Translations under genes and position numbers: made by a program
The notes under the pieces: generated by a model
The model's input: only the letters and a program-made list of their open reading frames with translations
Database searches by the model: none
Told to the model about the DNA's origin: nothing
In this document: piece after piece, positions 12,200 to 24,595 of the stretch
Layout of the letters: each line of letters starts with the position of its first letter
How positions within the stretch are numbered: the stretch's first letter is position 1
Source: Chiloscyllium plagiosum
Taxonomy: Eukaryota
Assembly: GCF_004010195.1 (NCBI RefSeq)
Contig: NC_057718.1
Coordinates: 29,580,479-29,633,514, forward strand
DNA: 53,036 bases
Reading direction: 5' to 3'

Positions 12200-12620
12200 C
12201 ATAGAAGCAGGTGGAAAGTGAAACTCTGCCAAGATCTTGCAAAACCTATAACCTCTGAAGAGGGATTGTCCAACAAGAAAGAAGTTTCCAGAGAATTTTG
12301 TGCATAAAAAAGCAAGAAAATGAAAACTATGTGCAAAGAATTGATGGAATTGGTTGATTGTGCTAGTGCTGTAAATCCAATGAAAAAACATTTCCAGAGA
12401 TGAACTTGATGAATGTTGACAAGAATGCTGCCGTTACAGTGACACTAAATGCAGAAGAAACTGGACTGTTTTGAATCATGACAGACTGAAAGTTCAGAAG
12501 GGCAAAGGTTTTCTGGTGGACTGCTGCTGAAGGATGTGAAAATGTTCTGAAACTCGTTGAACAGTGAAATTGCTTTACTGCACAAATTGTCATGTAATTT
12601 CATTTCCTACATTTCCAATT
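12200..12620 (+). mobile_element. Possible pogo/Tigger transposase relic
   Basis: CTA AAT GCA GAA GAA ACT GGA CTG TTT TGA = LNAEETGLF* at about 12445-12474, resembling pogo FNADETGLFW. Boundaries approximate; no TIRs seen. Confidence 0.35.
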
Positions 12621-13195
12621 TTTGCATGTGAGAAGGAAAGCATGCAAGAAGGCAGATGGAAGAAATTTATGCAAGAGGGCGACTTGGCCAAAATCCCCAT
12701 TTCCTCAACCCTTGACATCAGCTGCTGCTCAAGTTGCAATTGCTGATTCTGTTGATGGCACGAATGAAATCTAGAACCCAGCAAGTAAATTGCCTTTTAA
12801 CATTTAGATTTAAGATTTTTTTTATCCAAAGAATACTGGAGAATACTATATTGGGTTTCTAAAAGTGTACTTCTCATGCTACCAGCAGACTCATGGATCT
12901 GGCACCACCCCGTTCCCATGCACACTGGACAACGAGGATTTGTGTTTCAGCATGTACTGCATGAACTCTGCTTTCCTATTGCAAAACTATAAGCAGACAG
13001 TACAACTCCTGATTCCAAACTGAATTGCTCAAAGGTACTTCCAGACTTAAACCATTTGCAGTGTGACTGAGGCATCAGCCAAAATCGAAATGCAGTTTAT
13101 CAGAAGCTCAAAATTCAGAACATATCTCCTGTTTCTGTTTTCTGCCAGTGTATACTTCCTGCCTCCAATTGTTTGACTGTGTGTAATTCCAACAT

Positions 13196-13677
13196 CAGAG
13201 TCCAAATGTGTAGCACTGGAAAAGCACAGCCGGTCAGACAGCATCTGGGAAGCAGGAGAGTCAACATTTCAGGCATAAGCCCTTCATCAGAAATGTTGGG
13301 GAGGAGAGCCCAAGGGGATTGAGAGATAAATAGGATAGGGGTGGAACTGGGGAGGGGGTGGGGGGAGAAAGTAGCTTGGATGACCTGGGAAGTGCAGTCA
13401 GAGAGAGACTCATTGAGATCCTTGTGTGTCTCTCTCTCACACTGCACCCCATAGGTCATCCTAGCTACTTTCGCTCCCAGCCCCACCGCCCCCCATTTAT
13501 ATCTCAGCCCCCTTCGCTTCTCCATTCCCCCCCCCACACACACTCACATTCCTGATGAAGTGCTTATGCCCAAAATGTCGACTCTTCTGCTCCTCAGATG
13601 CTGCCTGACCTGCTGTGCTTTTTCAGCACCCTACGTTTTGACTCTGATCTCCAGCATCTGCAATCCTCATTTCTCCC
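13196..13677. mobile_element. PLE insert (family A) with inverted 5' arm and two opposed hammerhead remnants
   Basis: 13196-13365 is the inverted counterpart of about 13470-13650. Hammerhead remnants at 13261-13290 (-) and 13552-13579 (+). 14-bp TSD TGTAATTCCAACAT at 13182-13195 and 13678-13691. Confidence 0.85.
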
Positions 13678-14284
13678 TGTAATTCCAACATAACCGGTAA
13701 GTTAAGAAATAGTACTTACAGAACAAGGAAAGATTTGTCATGATGGGTTAGAGAATATACCAATTCATTTAGGGCCTAGCTCTGGCTACTTTGGATTTGG
13801 ACCCTGATGAAGGATATTACTCAGAACATTAAGCTTTCTTTCTCGTACAGCTGCTGATTGGTGTGTTTTAACCTGCCTGCGCAGTCTACACCTATTGCAG
13901 AATTGCTGTATTTTCTACTATTTTTTTATCCAAAAAAATAAGAAAAATGATGGACAACCAACCTGTCCGACAGACCTTTGATGATACTTGTACTTTCCAC
14001 CCCACCTAAATACACACTGCCTGTTTCCACAACCAGTAATTATTTTGGACACCTCTAATTTTTTTTAGTGAGCCTAGGGAGAACGTAAGATTCAATTCTC
14101 TTCAGATAATTGCCAGCCTCAGTAGACAAAACAGATACAGGTTTCAGTTCATCTTTCTCCACAATCAACCTGGTGAGCAAGACAATAAACTTGGAATCAA
14201 TCTGTAATATCAAGGGGCTGTGTCAGAATTTTGAAACCACATAAATTACTTCTGAATTATTGTCTTGCCATCAGAAGAATTTCT

Positions 14285-15230
14285 TTTTATTAGGCATTCC
14301 CTTGAAGTAGAGAGTTGCTTGCTTCCGGTCCAATTCAGCAACTTCTGAGATAACTAATAAGTCCAATAATGATCTGTGACTCTGGCCACGTTTGAGGCAG
14401 ATATTGCTTGAAGGATTAGGAAAATAACTTGTTGGGAATTATGATCAATCTCTCCAAAGCCTCAACTTCAACTCTGAGTGTTCCCATTTTAAAGCTTCTT
14501 GTTGATTTTGGTATGTTCATGAATGAATCTTCTCTATTTTGGACAGTCACAGGTCTGCTTGGAAGCAAGAATATTTAACCTCTTTAGGTATGCTTTCAGG
14601 ACGTCCCTATAATGTTGGTACTGTTCTCCTAGAATTTGCTGTGACAACTGTGTTCCAAGGAGAATAGTTGCTTCAAGAGTCTGGTGTCAGAAAAACAACC
14701 AACGTGTCCCAGGCAGCTAAGCTAATTTGAAGCTTTTAGTGCCTAAATTGCATGCCAACTGGCTTTGGTGAAGACACTGCTTTTGGATTGCTTTTCATGC
14801 CACGATATTTAGAGGACATTGTGATGGCATCCATGTTGACACTTCCACAGTACTCTGTGGTGCCAGCTGAAGGCTTTCAAAGTCCCAAAGGATGTAAAGT
14901 GCAGGGATTAGTGCTGCCTGGTAAACCATGGCCTTACTGTCGGGTTTGAGACCCTCAAAACTATTTTTCATTAGCTGAAGGTTGAGCTGGCACATTGGGA
15001 ATGATGATGAATTTCAATATTTCTTCCTTGCAAGGAAAGCTTCCAAGGAATGGAGAACACTTCACACTTTCCAGGATCCAGCCATTGATCTTAATTGACA
15101 GTGGTAGGCATTGTAATGTGAGACTTGATTGATTGAGGACTTTAGTTATCTGAGTAGTTGGTCAAAAGCCCGTTTTCTCACATCCTTTAGAGAAAGAGTT
15201 GACAATGACCACATCACCTATATGACACTT
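14285..15230 (-). mobile_element. Old RTE-like LINE 3' fragment
   Basis: Minus-strand SKAMVYQAALIPALY remnant (RTE K..VY.A.V...LLY) and RTE-like 3' tail (GGAAGCAAG...GGGAATGCCTAA) near 14290-14326. Confidence 0.55.
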
Positions 15231-15319
15231 CTGTTAGTTTAATATTCCAGAAATATGAATCTGTTATCTCTTTCATTACAATATGATGCCCAATTCAGCA
15301 TCAAAAATTATTTATTCTT

Positions 15320-15990
15320 TGTGAGAAACAAAACTCACATATTAATAAATTTCAGTCCGAGTCAAATTCTGAAGCAGCAAATTTTATTGATACGTACTTG
15401 AAAGAACGAGTGCCTAACGAATAAGCACCTCGATCTGAGGGTTATATTCTGATTTATGCAGTTCACTGTGTCTCTCGGTCCTTCCCTTTCACCCCATTGG
15501 TTACTTTTGCTGTAGCACGTAGCCTATCACAAGCTCTAGCTTCACTCCTCCTTTGTCTAGCTTCTCTCCGCCTCTGTTTACTTCTCCCATCACTGTCGCC
15601 CCTTACTCTTATTTATCTTATTCCCTATATGTGACTATCCTGGCATAGTTTGCTGTCTTCATGCGATCATCCTGCCAAACTAAATTCCATCCGTTGGCCA
15701 CATCCTTCCTGCGACTGACACACTATTCTCCTGTTACTGGTACATCCTGCTACACGGTCGCTCTGCCCTATTAGTCATAGATAATTCTACCTGTTTTCGC
15801 TTCTTCTGTTTTCCTATGCCTGGTACATCCCGCTCCATGATTGCTCTGCCTTATTAGTCATAGATATTTCTACCCGTTTTCACTTCTCACTGTTTAGTAT
15901 TTGCATGCGCAGCCTAATTTTATAATGTAAGCTTTTGCAAAAGCAACACCTGTTCCCTTATTCTGCACAATTTTAACCCTGTACCTTACT
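15320..15990 (-). repeat. ERV 3' LTR
   Basis: Homologous to 23697-24595. On the minus strand: CCAAT near 15496-15500, CATAAA TATA-like box near 15453-15458, AATAAA near 15383-15388. Confidence 0.93.
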
Positions 15991-15991
15991 A

Positions 15992-16010
15992 TTCCCCCCC
16001 CCTTTCTTCT
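15992..16010 (-). other. Polypurine tract
   Basis: AGAAGAAAGGGGGGGGGAA immediately before the 3' LTR. Confidence 0.88.
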
Positions 16011-16016
16011 TGGCTA

Positions 16017-17908
16017 CTAAGTGTTGTCTTCTGCATTTGTCTCATACGTTGTCTTCCAGTTCGCTAGCATCATCCCTGAGACTTCATTTATAGTGGCTAA
16101 TTCCTTAAGGTCACCCATCCCCTCATTGTTCAAGAGGTTGAGTTCCTCAGCCTGATTACCTTTTAGAGGCATTTGTTTTGCCAAGGCCGTCTCAATTAGC
16201 CGCTGGGTTAACCCCCATACACAAGGTATGATACAACAGCCATTGCTGTCAGTACCCCTGCTACCACTATCAGGGAAGTGAGGATGGAGACTACCACTCC
16301 CTTCCATTTCCCAAACCATGATTCCAGCCATCTCGTGAGTGATGTGTCCACTCCTGAATTCTCAACCAATTCTTCCGCCAAGGTGGTCAATCCTCGCAAA
16401 GCACGAGAGATTGATCCATCAGGTGCTGTATTATTTGGAATAAAGGTACAACAGCTACCTCCTAACATCACACATACACCCCTTTTTTGGCTAGGATCAT
16501 ATCTAAGGCCAGTCTGTTTTCCCAGGCCATTCTGTTGGTTGCATCAAGTTGCTTGGAAATACCCTTGACTGCATCTCTAGTATAATTGATGAATCTTTGC
16601 TGGTTGTAAAAAATATCGTTTATCCAATCCACATTCTTGTTGGCCGTTACCCACCAAAATAGGGCCGATTCAAAACCTGCTGCAATTTGGTTGCAGGCCT
16701 TGAACTCATTGGGGACCCCTCTAGGAACTCCTATAGAGTCGAGATAAATCCTATCATCAAAGGAAGCATCTAACAGCGTCCTTTTACTCCTCTCATTCTT
16801 TGTTACTACCACCTTCTCCTTCTCAAATGCCAAGGTGAATGGGATTGCCAATTGCACATATCCCTTTCCAGTCAGGAGGTAGGATAGGTCGCAATATTCT
16901 GCCTCCATAGTACCGCCAGAGATCCGCCCGGAGTGCTGAGTAGTTCCCTCCTTTGTCTGTTTCGGTGTCATTCTGACTTTCAATACATAACCTCAGCTCC
17001 CCCAAGCCTGTAGACCGATTTGTACCATGTCGGCTTATACATAATGTGTGATTCCCGACCGTGGTCAAAAACAGGGGGGGGAGCTTTCAAATCTGTCTTC
17101 TGCAAGGGAGGGAACATTAGAGATAGGGATGTACAATTCCTATCATTCCATGCAGTCTTATCCTGATACAGGGCTATCATACATTCCATGCCCTTCCTGT
17201 TTCGGTTCCACCCAAGCGGAAAGGGCACTATGTGGGCAACCAGTCTCCCGGAAGCACATGCATAGCAATTGCTTTTATTCAGAGTTTTAACAGTGTACTT
17301 TACCCATTCAACCCAGGCATTTGCGTCCCATATCCAGTTTCTATTTCAATGGTCTGCTTCAAGTCCTTGACCTCTATAAATTTTACCACCTTTGGGTCAT
17401 TGGGAGGGGCAAAAGGATGTATCTTACTATCAAGTTGTTTTGCTCGTTTTCCATTTCCTACGGCTATTCGGAAACAGCAGCCTGAAAAACACTTCCCAGT
17501 GGCAGCCATTACTATCTTTAAATCGTTACTAAGGAGTCGAGACCCATTTTTAAGGGGAAAGGAGCCTTCAGAGGAGGTATTCCTAATGGTGAGATATATC
17601 AGGTGGCACTTTTTGTCAGGACAGTCTAGGGGTGGGCGAAAGGGGGCTCTATGGATAGTGATGCCAGGTGGCGGTTTTTGTGAACCATACCTTGTGTCCG
17701 CTAGGGTCTTAAGAAGAATTTTGGAGGAAATATACTCCCTCTGATACTTCACATCTGCGCATTTTACTAGGCTCCAAGCATCGACCTCTATTACTTGCGG
17801 ATGTTCAGACTCGGGGACCGTTAATAACAAATATGGAGGTGACCGCATCGTTCGACAAAATCCCAATACTAAGAAAGCTAATATGGTAACCCCAAGCGTC
17901 CCCAGCAT
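16017..17908 (-). pseudogene. env: ERV envelope (frameshifted)
   Basis: Signal peptide MLGTLGVTILAFLVLGFC; SU CYAC (CxxC); furin site RSKR; SIGVPRGVPNEFKA..QIAAGFES; ISD-like ENRLALDMILA; C-x6-CC (CVMLGGSCC across a frameshift); TM helix. Confidence 0.92.
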
Positions 17909-18000
17909 CCTACAATAGTATTGAAGGACCGAGAAATTTAACATGCAATACAATATATAGATATCAAAAAAAAACTATCCCGCATCTGCATAAAAATCAG

Positions 18001-21000
18001 TTACTCAAAGTCTTTTGAGTCTGAGTTTGTGGTTCTCCCGTCGATATTGTCTGTCCAGATTCCTTTCTTAGCAGGGGATTCCACCGGTCCTTTAATCCTG
18101 GTGTAGTGAGTCCAGCCTCTCTCCGCCGTGCGTATAGCCGTTTCAGTAGTCAAAAGAGCCTGGTACAGTCCCTCCCAATCGGGTACAATTTAGTTTCTGT
18201 CGATGACTTAATTAGGACCCAGTCTCCCAGCCGGATGGGATGAACGGCAAATTCAAGGGGTGGAATCTGTGCCAGTAATCCTTGTCTCCTAAGAAAAGAC
18301 AAAGACGAGGACAAGCCCAGTATATACTTTTTTAAGAACAGATTTTTAGTCTCCAGGGTTGGCAGTTCCCCTTTCGTTCCCAGATAGGGCAGGCCAAACA
18401 ATATCTCATAAGGGGACAGCCCCATATCTTTCCTTGGAGCTGTCTGTACTCGCAAAAGGGCTATAGGTAAACACTTGGTTCAAGGGAGTCTGGTTTCTAC
18501 TACTAATTTAGGTAACTGCTTCTTAAGTGTCTGGTTCATTATCTCAACCTTTCCCGGTGAAGGTGGGTGCCAAGGGCTGTGGAACTCCCAGGAGACTCTT
18601 AACCCCTTCATTACACCCTGGAGTACCTTGGAAGTAAAATGAGTTCCCTGATCCGAATCTATGCATTCCACTATCCTGTATCTGGGAATTATGTGTTCAA
18701 GTATTATCTTGGACACCCCACTTGCAGTGGCAGTGGCTAAAGGGTGATCCAGTCAGGAGGTGATCAACCATTACCAGCATATACCTCAGTCTTCCCACTC
18801 GGGGTAATTCGGTATAATCTACCTGAATGCTCTGAAATGGTTGGAGCCCAGGTTCTCTCCCTCCTGGGACTTGTTTCCTCAATACCTTCTTGTTAATTTT
18901 CTTGCATGTTATACATCCCTCACATATCTCTTTGGCTATCGTATAGATCCCTCTGCATCCATATTTCCTTAAGACCAAATCACACATTGCTTGCGCTCCC
19001 CAGTGACTCCCCTGGCGTAAGACAGCCATAATTTCTCGCATCATCATCTTATTTAGCATCTCCCGGCCATCGGGTAGCATCTAGCGCCCTCTACTGTCTG
19101 CTTAGCTCCCAGTTCTTCTAACTCTCTCTCTTCCTTAGCGCTAAATATTGGTCTCCCCCCAGGTTCCTGCACCATTGGTACCAAAATATATATTGTAGCG
19201 GGTTGAGGGTTCAGAGCTGCCTCCTTAGCGACTTCATCCGCCAATCTCTTTGCATCGGGATCATTTCCCTGCTGGTGTGCCACCCCAAATCTGTGTATAC
19301 AGTTCCTTCTTTCCTTCCAAGGTCTTAAGGGCCCTTCCTAGTGCATAACGTTCGCAAGTCTGTGCCGACCAATCATTGGGTAGTCTACTAGCCTCAATAA
19401 CACTCCCCTCTATTCCATCCACTACCGCATATCCATTATGTCTTTTATCTTCAATCACTCTGGAGGACCCATCAATGAACAGCCTGGCCCCTGCATGTAG
19501 AGGGATATCTCTAAGGTCCATTCTTACTTTAGTCTGATATTCTATAATGTTGAGGCAGTCATGTTCTGGGTCTGAGGGAACTTCATCCTCCCCTCTCCAG
19601 CGAAAGGTAGCTGGATTCAGACAAGTGTCTGTGATCAATGTAAGGTCATCCCTCTCTATTAGAATTCTAAAATACGAAGCAATTCTAGAGTCCGTAAGCC
19701 ACCGTCCTGCCTTCTGGTTCAATATAGTCCATACTTGATGCGGGGTGCTTACTATCAAGGCCCCTCCAAATGTGAGTTTTCAACTTTCTTCCACTAGTAG
19801 CGCAGTCACTGCTACTGCCTGCACACACTCTGGCCACCCTCTGGAGACTGGATCTAACAATTTAGACAAGTATGCTACCGGCTGTTTCATTCCCTCCCAT
19901 CGCTGGGTTAGGATCCCTAGGGCCGCTCCCTTATCCACGGTGGCAAAAAAGTGAAAGGGTTTGTCCAGGAAAGGTAATGCAAGGACAGGGGCATGAATCA
20001 AGATTCTTTTCAACTTCTCTACTAACTCCTTTTCTTCATCTGTCCACTTTCACAACTGCGGTTCTTCCTCTAACAATTTCAAGTATAATTTCCTTGTCTT
20101 TTGGGCATACGAGTCAACCCATAACCCCGTAAGCCCCAGGAATTTCCTTAATTCTCACTTAGGCCGAGGAAGGGGCATTCCCACAATTCCTTCAATCCTT
20201 TCAGGGCTTATTTTCCTTTTCCCTTCACTGACCAAGTGTCCTAAATATTTCACTTCTCTCTCTACATATTGTAATTTGTTCCTTGAGACCCTCAATCCCT
20301 GTCGTCCCAGAAAGTTTAGCAATTGGTTAGTTGCTTCCGTTGTTCCCTCTCATTTTCTCCCGTGACCAAAAGGTCATCCACATATTGCAGTAAAGTCGTG
20401 CCTTGGGGACTTAGAACAAATTTTGGAAAAGTTTATAAAACCTGGCCAAACAAGTTCGGGGATTCCGTGAACCCCTGTGGGAGCACTGTCCATCTATACT
20501 GTTGTTTTCGCCCCATTCTTGGATCTTCCCACTCAAAAGTGAACATGTTTCTACTTCTGCCAGTGGACATGTCCATTTGAGTGCTCTCAAGTCTTGTACC
20601 AACCGATAGGTACCATCTGATTTTTTTTTTACTGGCAAAATAGGGGTGTTATAGGGGGACAAACAGGGTTCCAACAAGCCATCCTTAATTAACCCCTCAA
20701 TCACAGGTTGTAACCCCCTTCATCCTTCGGTCGAGATGGGGTATTGTCTTTCGCATACCGTCTCCCCCACCTTTTTCCAGCTAATTTCTAGAGGGGGAAT
20801 ATGCAATCCCCCTCGATTGCCTTCACATGCCCATACTGTGGGGTCTCTTTGTTTCTCCTGTTCCTCGGTCAAAATGACCATTCTTATTCCTATTTTTCAG
20901 TCGCACACTCCAATTCCTAGTCCTAAAAGTGTGATTAAATCCCTTCCTAACCAGTTGCTCCCTATGTCCGGAATATATAAGAATTGTCCTTCAACTCTTC

Positions 21001-21234
21001 TTTCATTATTTTCAACTGTTATAGGATCAAATATAGGGACGTAAATCCTTCTCCCTTCACTCCGGACACCATTATTTTCTGATCTGTAAATTGTACTCCT
21101 CTGGGTATAAAATTTAAGGATGACCTTGTTGCCCCCGTGTTCACTAGGAAACTACATCTTCCCTATAAGGGCCCACCTTTACATTTATCAAGGGTTCCTG
21201 GTGGGTCTCCGCGGGCAGGAACCCCTGACCCCCC
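18001..21234 (-). pseudogene. pol: ERV pro-pol (protease, RT, RNase H, integrase), disrupted
   Basis: FLVNTGA (protease, D to N); PYNTPILPVKK, YRLVQDLR, VLPQGF, LLQYVDDLL (about 20367-20393); LFIDGSS; integrase SHWG..C..C, QVDYTEL, DSDQGTHF, GKVEIMNQTLK. Deletion in RT near 20580. Confidence 0.95.
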
Positions 21235-22922
21235 CAAGTTTTTATCAAAGTTCATGAGCGGGATGGGTCTTTCTTCCCTTTGTATTTCAGGACACTCCTG
21301 CTTAAAGTGTCCTTTCCTTCCACAATGGTGACACCCTGCTTGTTGGGGTTCCCACTTCTGTCCTTGTCCCTGTCGACTAGACCCTACGCAAGGTCCTCCT
21401 CGTCCTCTACCCCTTCCTCTATGTTCTACGTGCTGCCACCCTCCACTCCGGTTGCTAGTCACCGGTTCGATTCTTTTCTTGACTACTTTGTCAACCGTGG
21501 CTACCATCATTTTCGCCTTCTGTTTTTGTTTCTCATCCTCTCTCTTTACAAATACTTTCTGTGCTTCTCTTAACAATTCATCAAGTAATTTCTCACTTCA
21601 CCCATCTATTTTCTGAATTTTCTTCTGGATGTCTGGCTATGCCTTAGTCACAAAGTGTACCTTTAGGAGGCCCTGCGCTATCAGGTCCTCAGGATTCATC
21701 CCTGAGTATTTTCTCATTGAACCTTGAAGTCTCTGTAAAAAGGCCAAGGGGGTGTCATCTTTCTCTTGGTAGATCTCAAATGCTTTTGATAGGTTTTGTG
21801 ATTTCGGGACTGCCTCTCTAATGCCCTTAATAATTAGGATTTTAAGATCTTTCATTCGGTTACGATCTTCTGCATTATTGTTGTTCCATTGTGGATCAAC
21901 GTTAGGGAATTTTTCCTCTGCTGCTGGTGCCTCACCACCTGGGGGATTCTCGCGTTCCCAAGACCTTAAGGCAGCATGCCTTATTAATCCTCTTTCCTCA
22001 CCAGTAAAGAGAATGTTCAGGATGGCCATTAACTCAGTCCAAGTAAGTTGTATCCGTTGCTCCCGATGTGGTCTCCTCTACATTGGGGAGACTGGACGCC
22101 TCCTAGCAGAGCGATTTAGGGAACATCTCTGGAACACCCGCACCAATCAACCACACCGCCCTGTGGCCCAACATTTCAACCCCCCCTCCCACTCTGCCGA
22201 GGACATGGAGGTCCTGGGCCTCCTTCACCACCGCTCCCTCACCGCCCGACACCTGGAGGAAGAACGCCTCATCTTCCGCCTCGGAACACTTCAACCCCAG
22301 GGCATCAATATGGACTTCAACAGTTTCCTCACTTCCCCTTCCTCCACCTCACCCCAGTTCCAAACTTCCAGCTCAGCACTGTCCCAATGACTTGTCGTAC
22401 CTGCCTATCTTCTTTTCCACCTATCCACTCCACCCTCCTCCCTGACCTATCACCTTCATCCCCTCCCCCACTCACCCATTGTACTCTGTTACTTTCTCCC
22501 CACTCCTACTCTCCTCTCATTTATCTCTCCACCCTTCAGGCACTCTGCCTGTATTCCTGATTAAGGACTCTTGCCCGAAATGTTGATTTTACTGCTCCTC
22601 AGATGCTGCCTGAACTGCTATGCTTTTCCAGCACCACTAATCCAGAACTCCGTCCAAGCATACAGACTGGATCCTAAAAATTGGTCTACCTGTTCCGATA
22701 GTCCCACTGGATCCTCTATGAGGGATTTCATCTCTTTCGGAAATGCCTGCACTTTGCCACTTGTCAGCGGTGCGTTTATAAACCCAATATCCCCCGCTCC
22801 TATCGGAACTTCCCTAAGCGGGCAGACTTGTACAGACATTTGCTTAGACTGTCCCCGTGTCACTGGATCCCGTGACCCCTTCTTTCCCCCTTCCCTCTCC
22901 TCTGTGTCTTCTTTCTCTTCCT

Positions 22923-22955
<33 letters not shown>

Positions 22956-23401
22956 TGTGTCCCTCAGATAATTGAGGTTCCTCCTGTATAAGGGGAGGTT
23001 TACTGCCATTGGGGAGGGTATCCCACCTCCGGGACTTCGTTTAGTTTCTACAGGAAACACCTGTGTGTCCTGACTGCCCTTCCAACAAGAGGCGTAGTCT
23101 GACTCCTCCTGACTAAAGGGTTGTTTCTCATTGACATAGATATTAAGGAGTTGACAGACCCAATCTTCATCCGGCCCGTATTTTGGCCAAAAAAACTGAG
23201 GAGGGGTCTTATAATTTCCTTAGTCCGTGCAAAACAGCAATACTTTATCATAATCCTTTTGTCCTTCGTTCGAGTATAAGTACTGTCTTTCCAGTTTTTC
23301 AACATCCGTCCCAATGGACTTTCTGGAGGGATGTTATCAGGGATCCTTCCCTCATCGTTACCATTACCTGGCGCCTTGTCTTTACTACTTTTAGAGCCCA
23401 T
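21235..23401 (-). pseudogene. gag: ERV gag, disrupted by frameshifts, a poly-G run and a PLE insertion
   Basis: MGSKSSK myristoylation motif, IPPESPLGRML matrix motif, capsid MHR-like IYQEKDDTPLAFLQRL, single CHHCGRKGHFKQEC zinc knuckle. Confidence 0.92.
22044..22645 (+). mobile_element. 5'-truncated Penelope-like element (GIY-YIG C-terminus plus terminus) nested in gag
   Basis: CIRCSRCGLLYIGETGR..RFREH..PVAQHFN..LEEERLIFRLGTLQPQGIN. 13-bp TSD AACTC(A/C)GTCCAAG at 22031-22043 and 22646-22658. Degenerate hammerhead near 22557-22585. Confidence 0.93.
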
Positions 23402-23675
23402 GATGATCAACTACAGTCAATTCCTTCAACCCCAGTATGTCATCCCCAGTCACCAAGGCAATACTTGAAAATCTCTTTTCTTACCTTGGTCCGTGCACGG
23501 AGTTGCCTGACTGCAGCTGTACCTACTTAAATTCTCTACTTTACAACCTTTCGCCTGGTTCAGATAGACTCTCATCGGATCTTGATCAGTCAATCAGAAA
23601 GGGGAACCCACCGCCAAGGAACGGGACGCATCTTCCCAGCTTTCGATGGTGCCCACCCTGCTGGTGATGATGGAT

Positions 23676-23693
23676 ATCCCGGACAAGCCCCCA
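23676..23693 (-). other. Primer binding site, tRNA-Pro
   Basis: TGGGGGCTTGTCCGGGAT, 17/18 identical to the MLV-type PBS-Pro TGGGGGCTCGTCCGGGAT, 3 nt from the 5' LTR. Confidence 0.92.
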
Positions 23694-23696
23694 AAT

Positions 23697-24595
23697 TGTG
23701 AGAAACAAAACTCTCATATGAATAAATTTCAGTCCGAGTCAAATTCTGAAGCAGCGAATTTTATTGATACGTACTTGCAAGAATGGGTGCCTAACAAATA
23801 AGCACCTCGATCTGAGGGTTACCTTCTGATTTATGCAGTTCAGCTGTGTCTCTCGGTCCTCCCCTTTACTTTTGCTATAGCGCATAGCCTATCACAAGCC
23901 CTAGGTTCACTCCACCTCTGTCTACCTTCTCTCCGCCTCTGTTTACTTCTCCCATTATTCTAAGCCTGTCGCCCCTTATTCTTAGTTATCTTATTCCTTA
24001 TATGTGACTATCCTGGCATAGTTTGCTGTCTTCGTGTGATCATCCTGCCAAACTAATTTCCATCCGTTGGCCACATCCTTCCTGCGACTGGCACACTATT
24101 CTCCTGTTTAGATTCCCTACAGTGTGAAAACAGGCCCTGCGGCCCAACCAGTCCACATTGACCCTCCGAAGAGTAGCCCACCCAGACCCATTTTCCTCTG
24201 ACTAACTGACCTAACACTATGGGCAATTTAACATGGCCAATTCACCTGACCTTCACATCTTTGGACTGTGGGAGGAAACCAGAGCACCCGGAGGAAACCC
24301 ACACAGACACAAGGAGAACGTGCAAACTCCACACAGACAGTTGCCTGAGGCTGGAATCAAACCTGCGACCCTGGTGCTATGAGGCAGCAGTGCTAACCAC
24401 TGAGCCATTGTGCCAGCCCTGTTACTGGTACATCCCGCTACACGGTCGCTCTGCCCTATTCGTCATAGATAATTCTACCTGTTTTCGCTTCTCACTGTTT
24501 AGTATTTGCTTGCGCATCCTAATTTTATAATGTAAGCTTTTGCAGAAGTAACACCTGTTCCCTTATTCTGCACAATTTTAACCCTATACCTTACA
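23697..24595 (-). repeat. ERV 5' LTR (contains a SINE)
   Basis: Homologous to 15320-15990; begins TGTAAGG on the minus strand and abuts the PBS. Confidence 0.93.
24109..24417 (-). mobile_element. HE1-like V-SINE inserted in the 5' LTR
   Basis: A box TGGCTCAGTGG, B box GGTTTGATTCC, V-domain GTGGAGTTTGCACGTTCTCC..., CR1-like tail. TSD CCTGTT at 24103-24108 and 24418-24423; absent from the other LTR. Confidence 0.9.

Larger units (their letters stand above)
15320..24595 (-). mobile_element. Full-length, decayed class I (gamma/epsilon-like, HERV-I/ADP-type env) endogenous retrovirus
   Basis: Paired LTRs, outer termini TG..CA, TSD TCTT (15316-15319, 24596-24599), PBS-Pro, PPT and gag-pro-pol-env order. 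Confidence 0.97.

Noticed and set aside
17232..17744. 170-aa antisense ORF over env
   Set aside because: Shadow of the env reading frame; no recognisable motif.
21821..22390. 189-aa plus-strand ORF as a retroviral accessory or antisense gene
   Set aside because: It is antisense gag sequence fused by chance to the inserted PLE GIY-YIG fragment.
22924..22955. Poly-C run of about 30 nt (polyproline or polyglycine ORFs)
   Set aside because: Homopolymer expansion or sequencing artefact within decayed gag.
24340..24417. tRNA gene calls at SINE heads (also near 29800-29876 and 37936-38010)
   Set aside because: They are tRNA-derived heads continuous with the V-domain and LINE-like tail.
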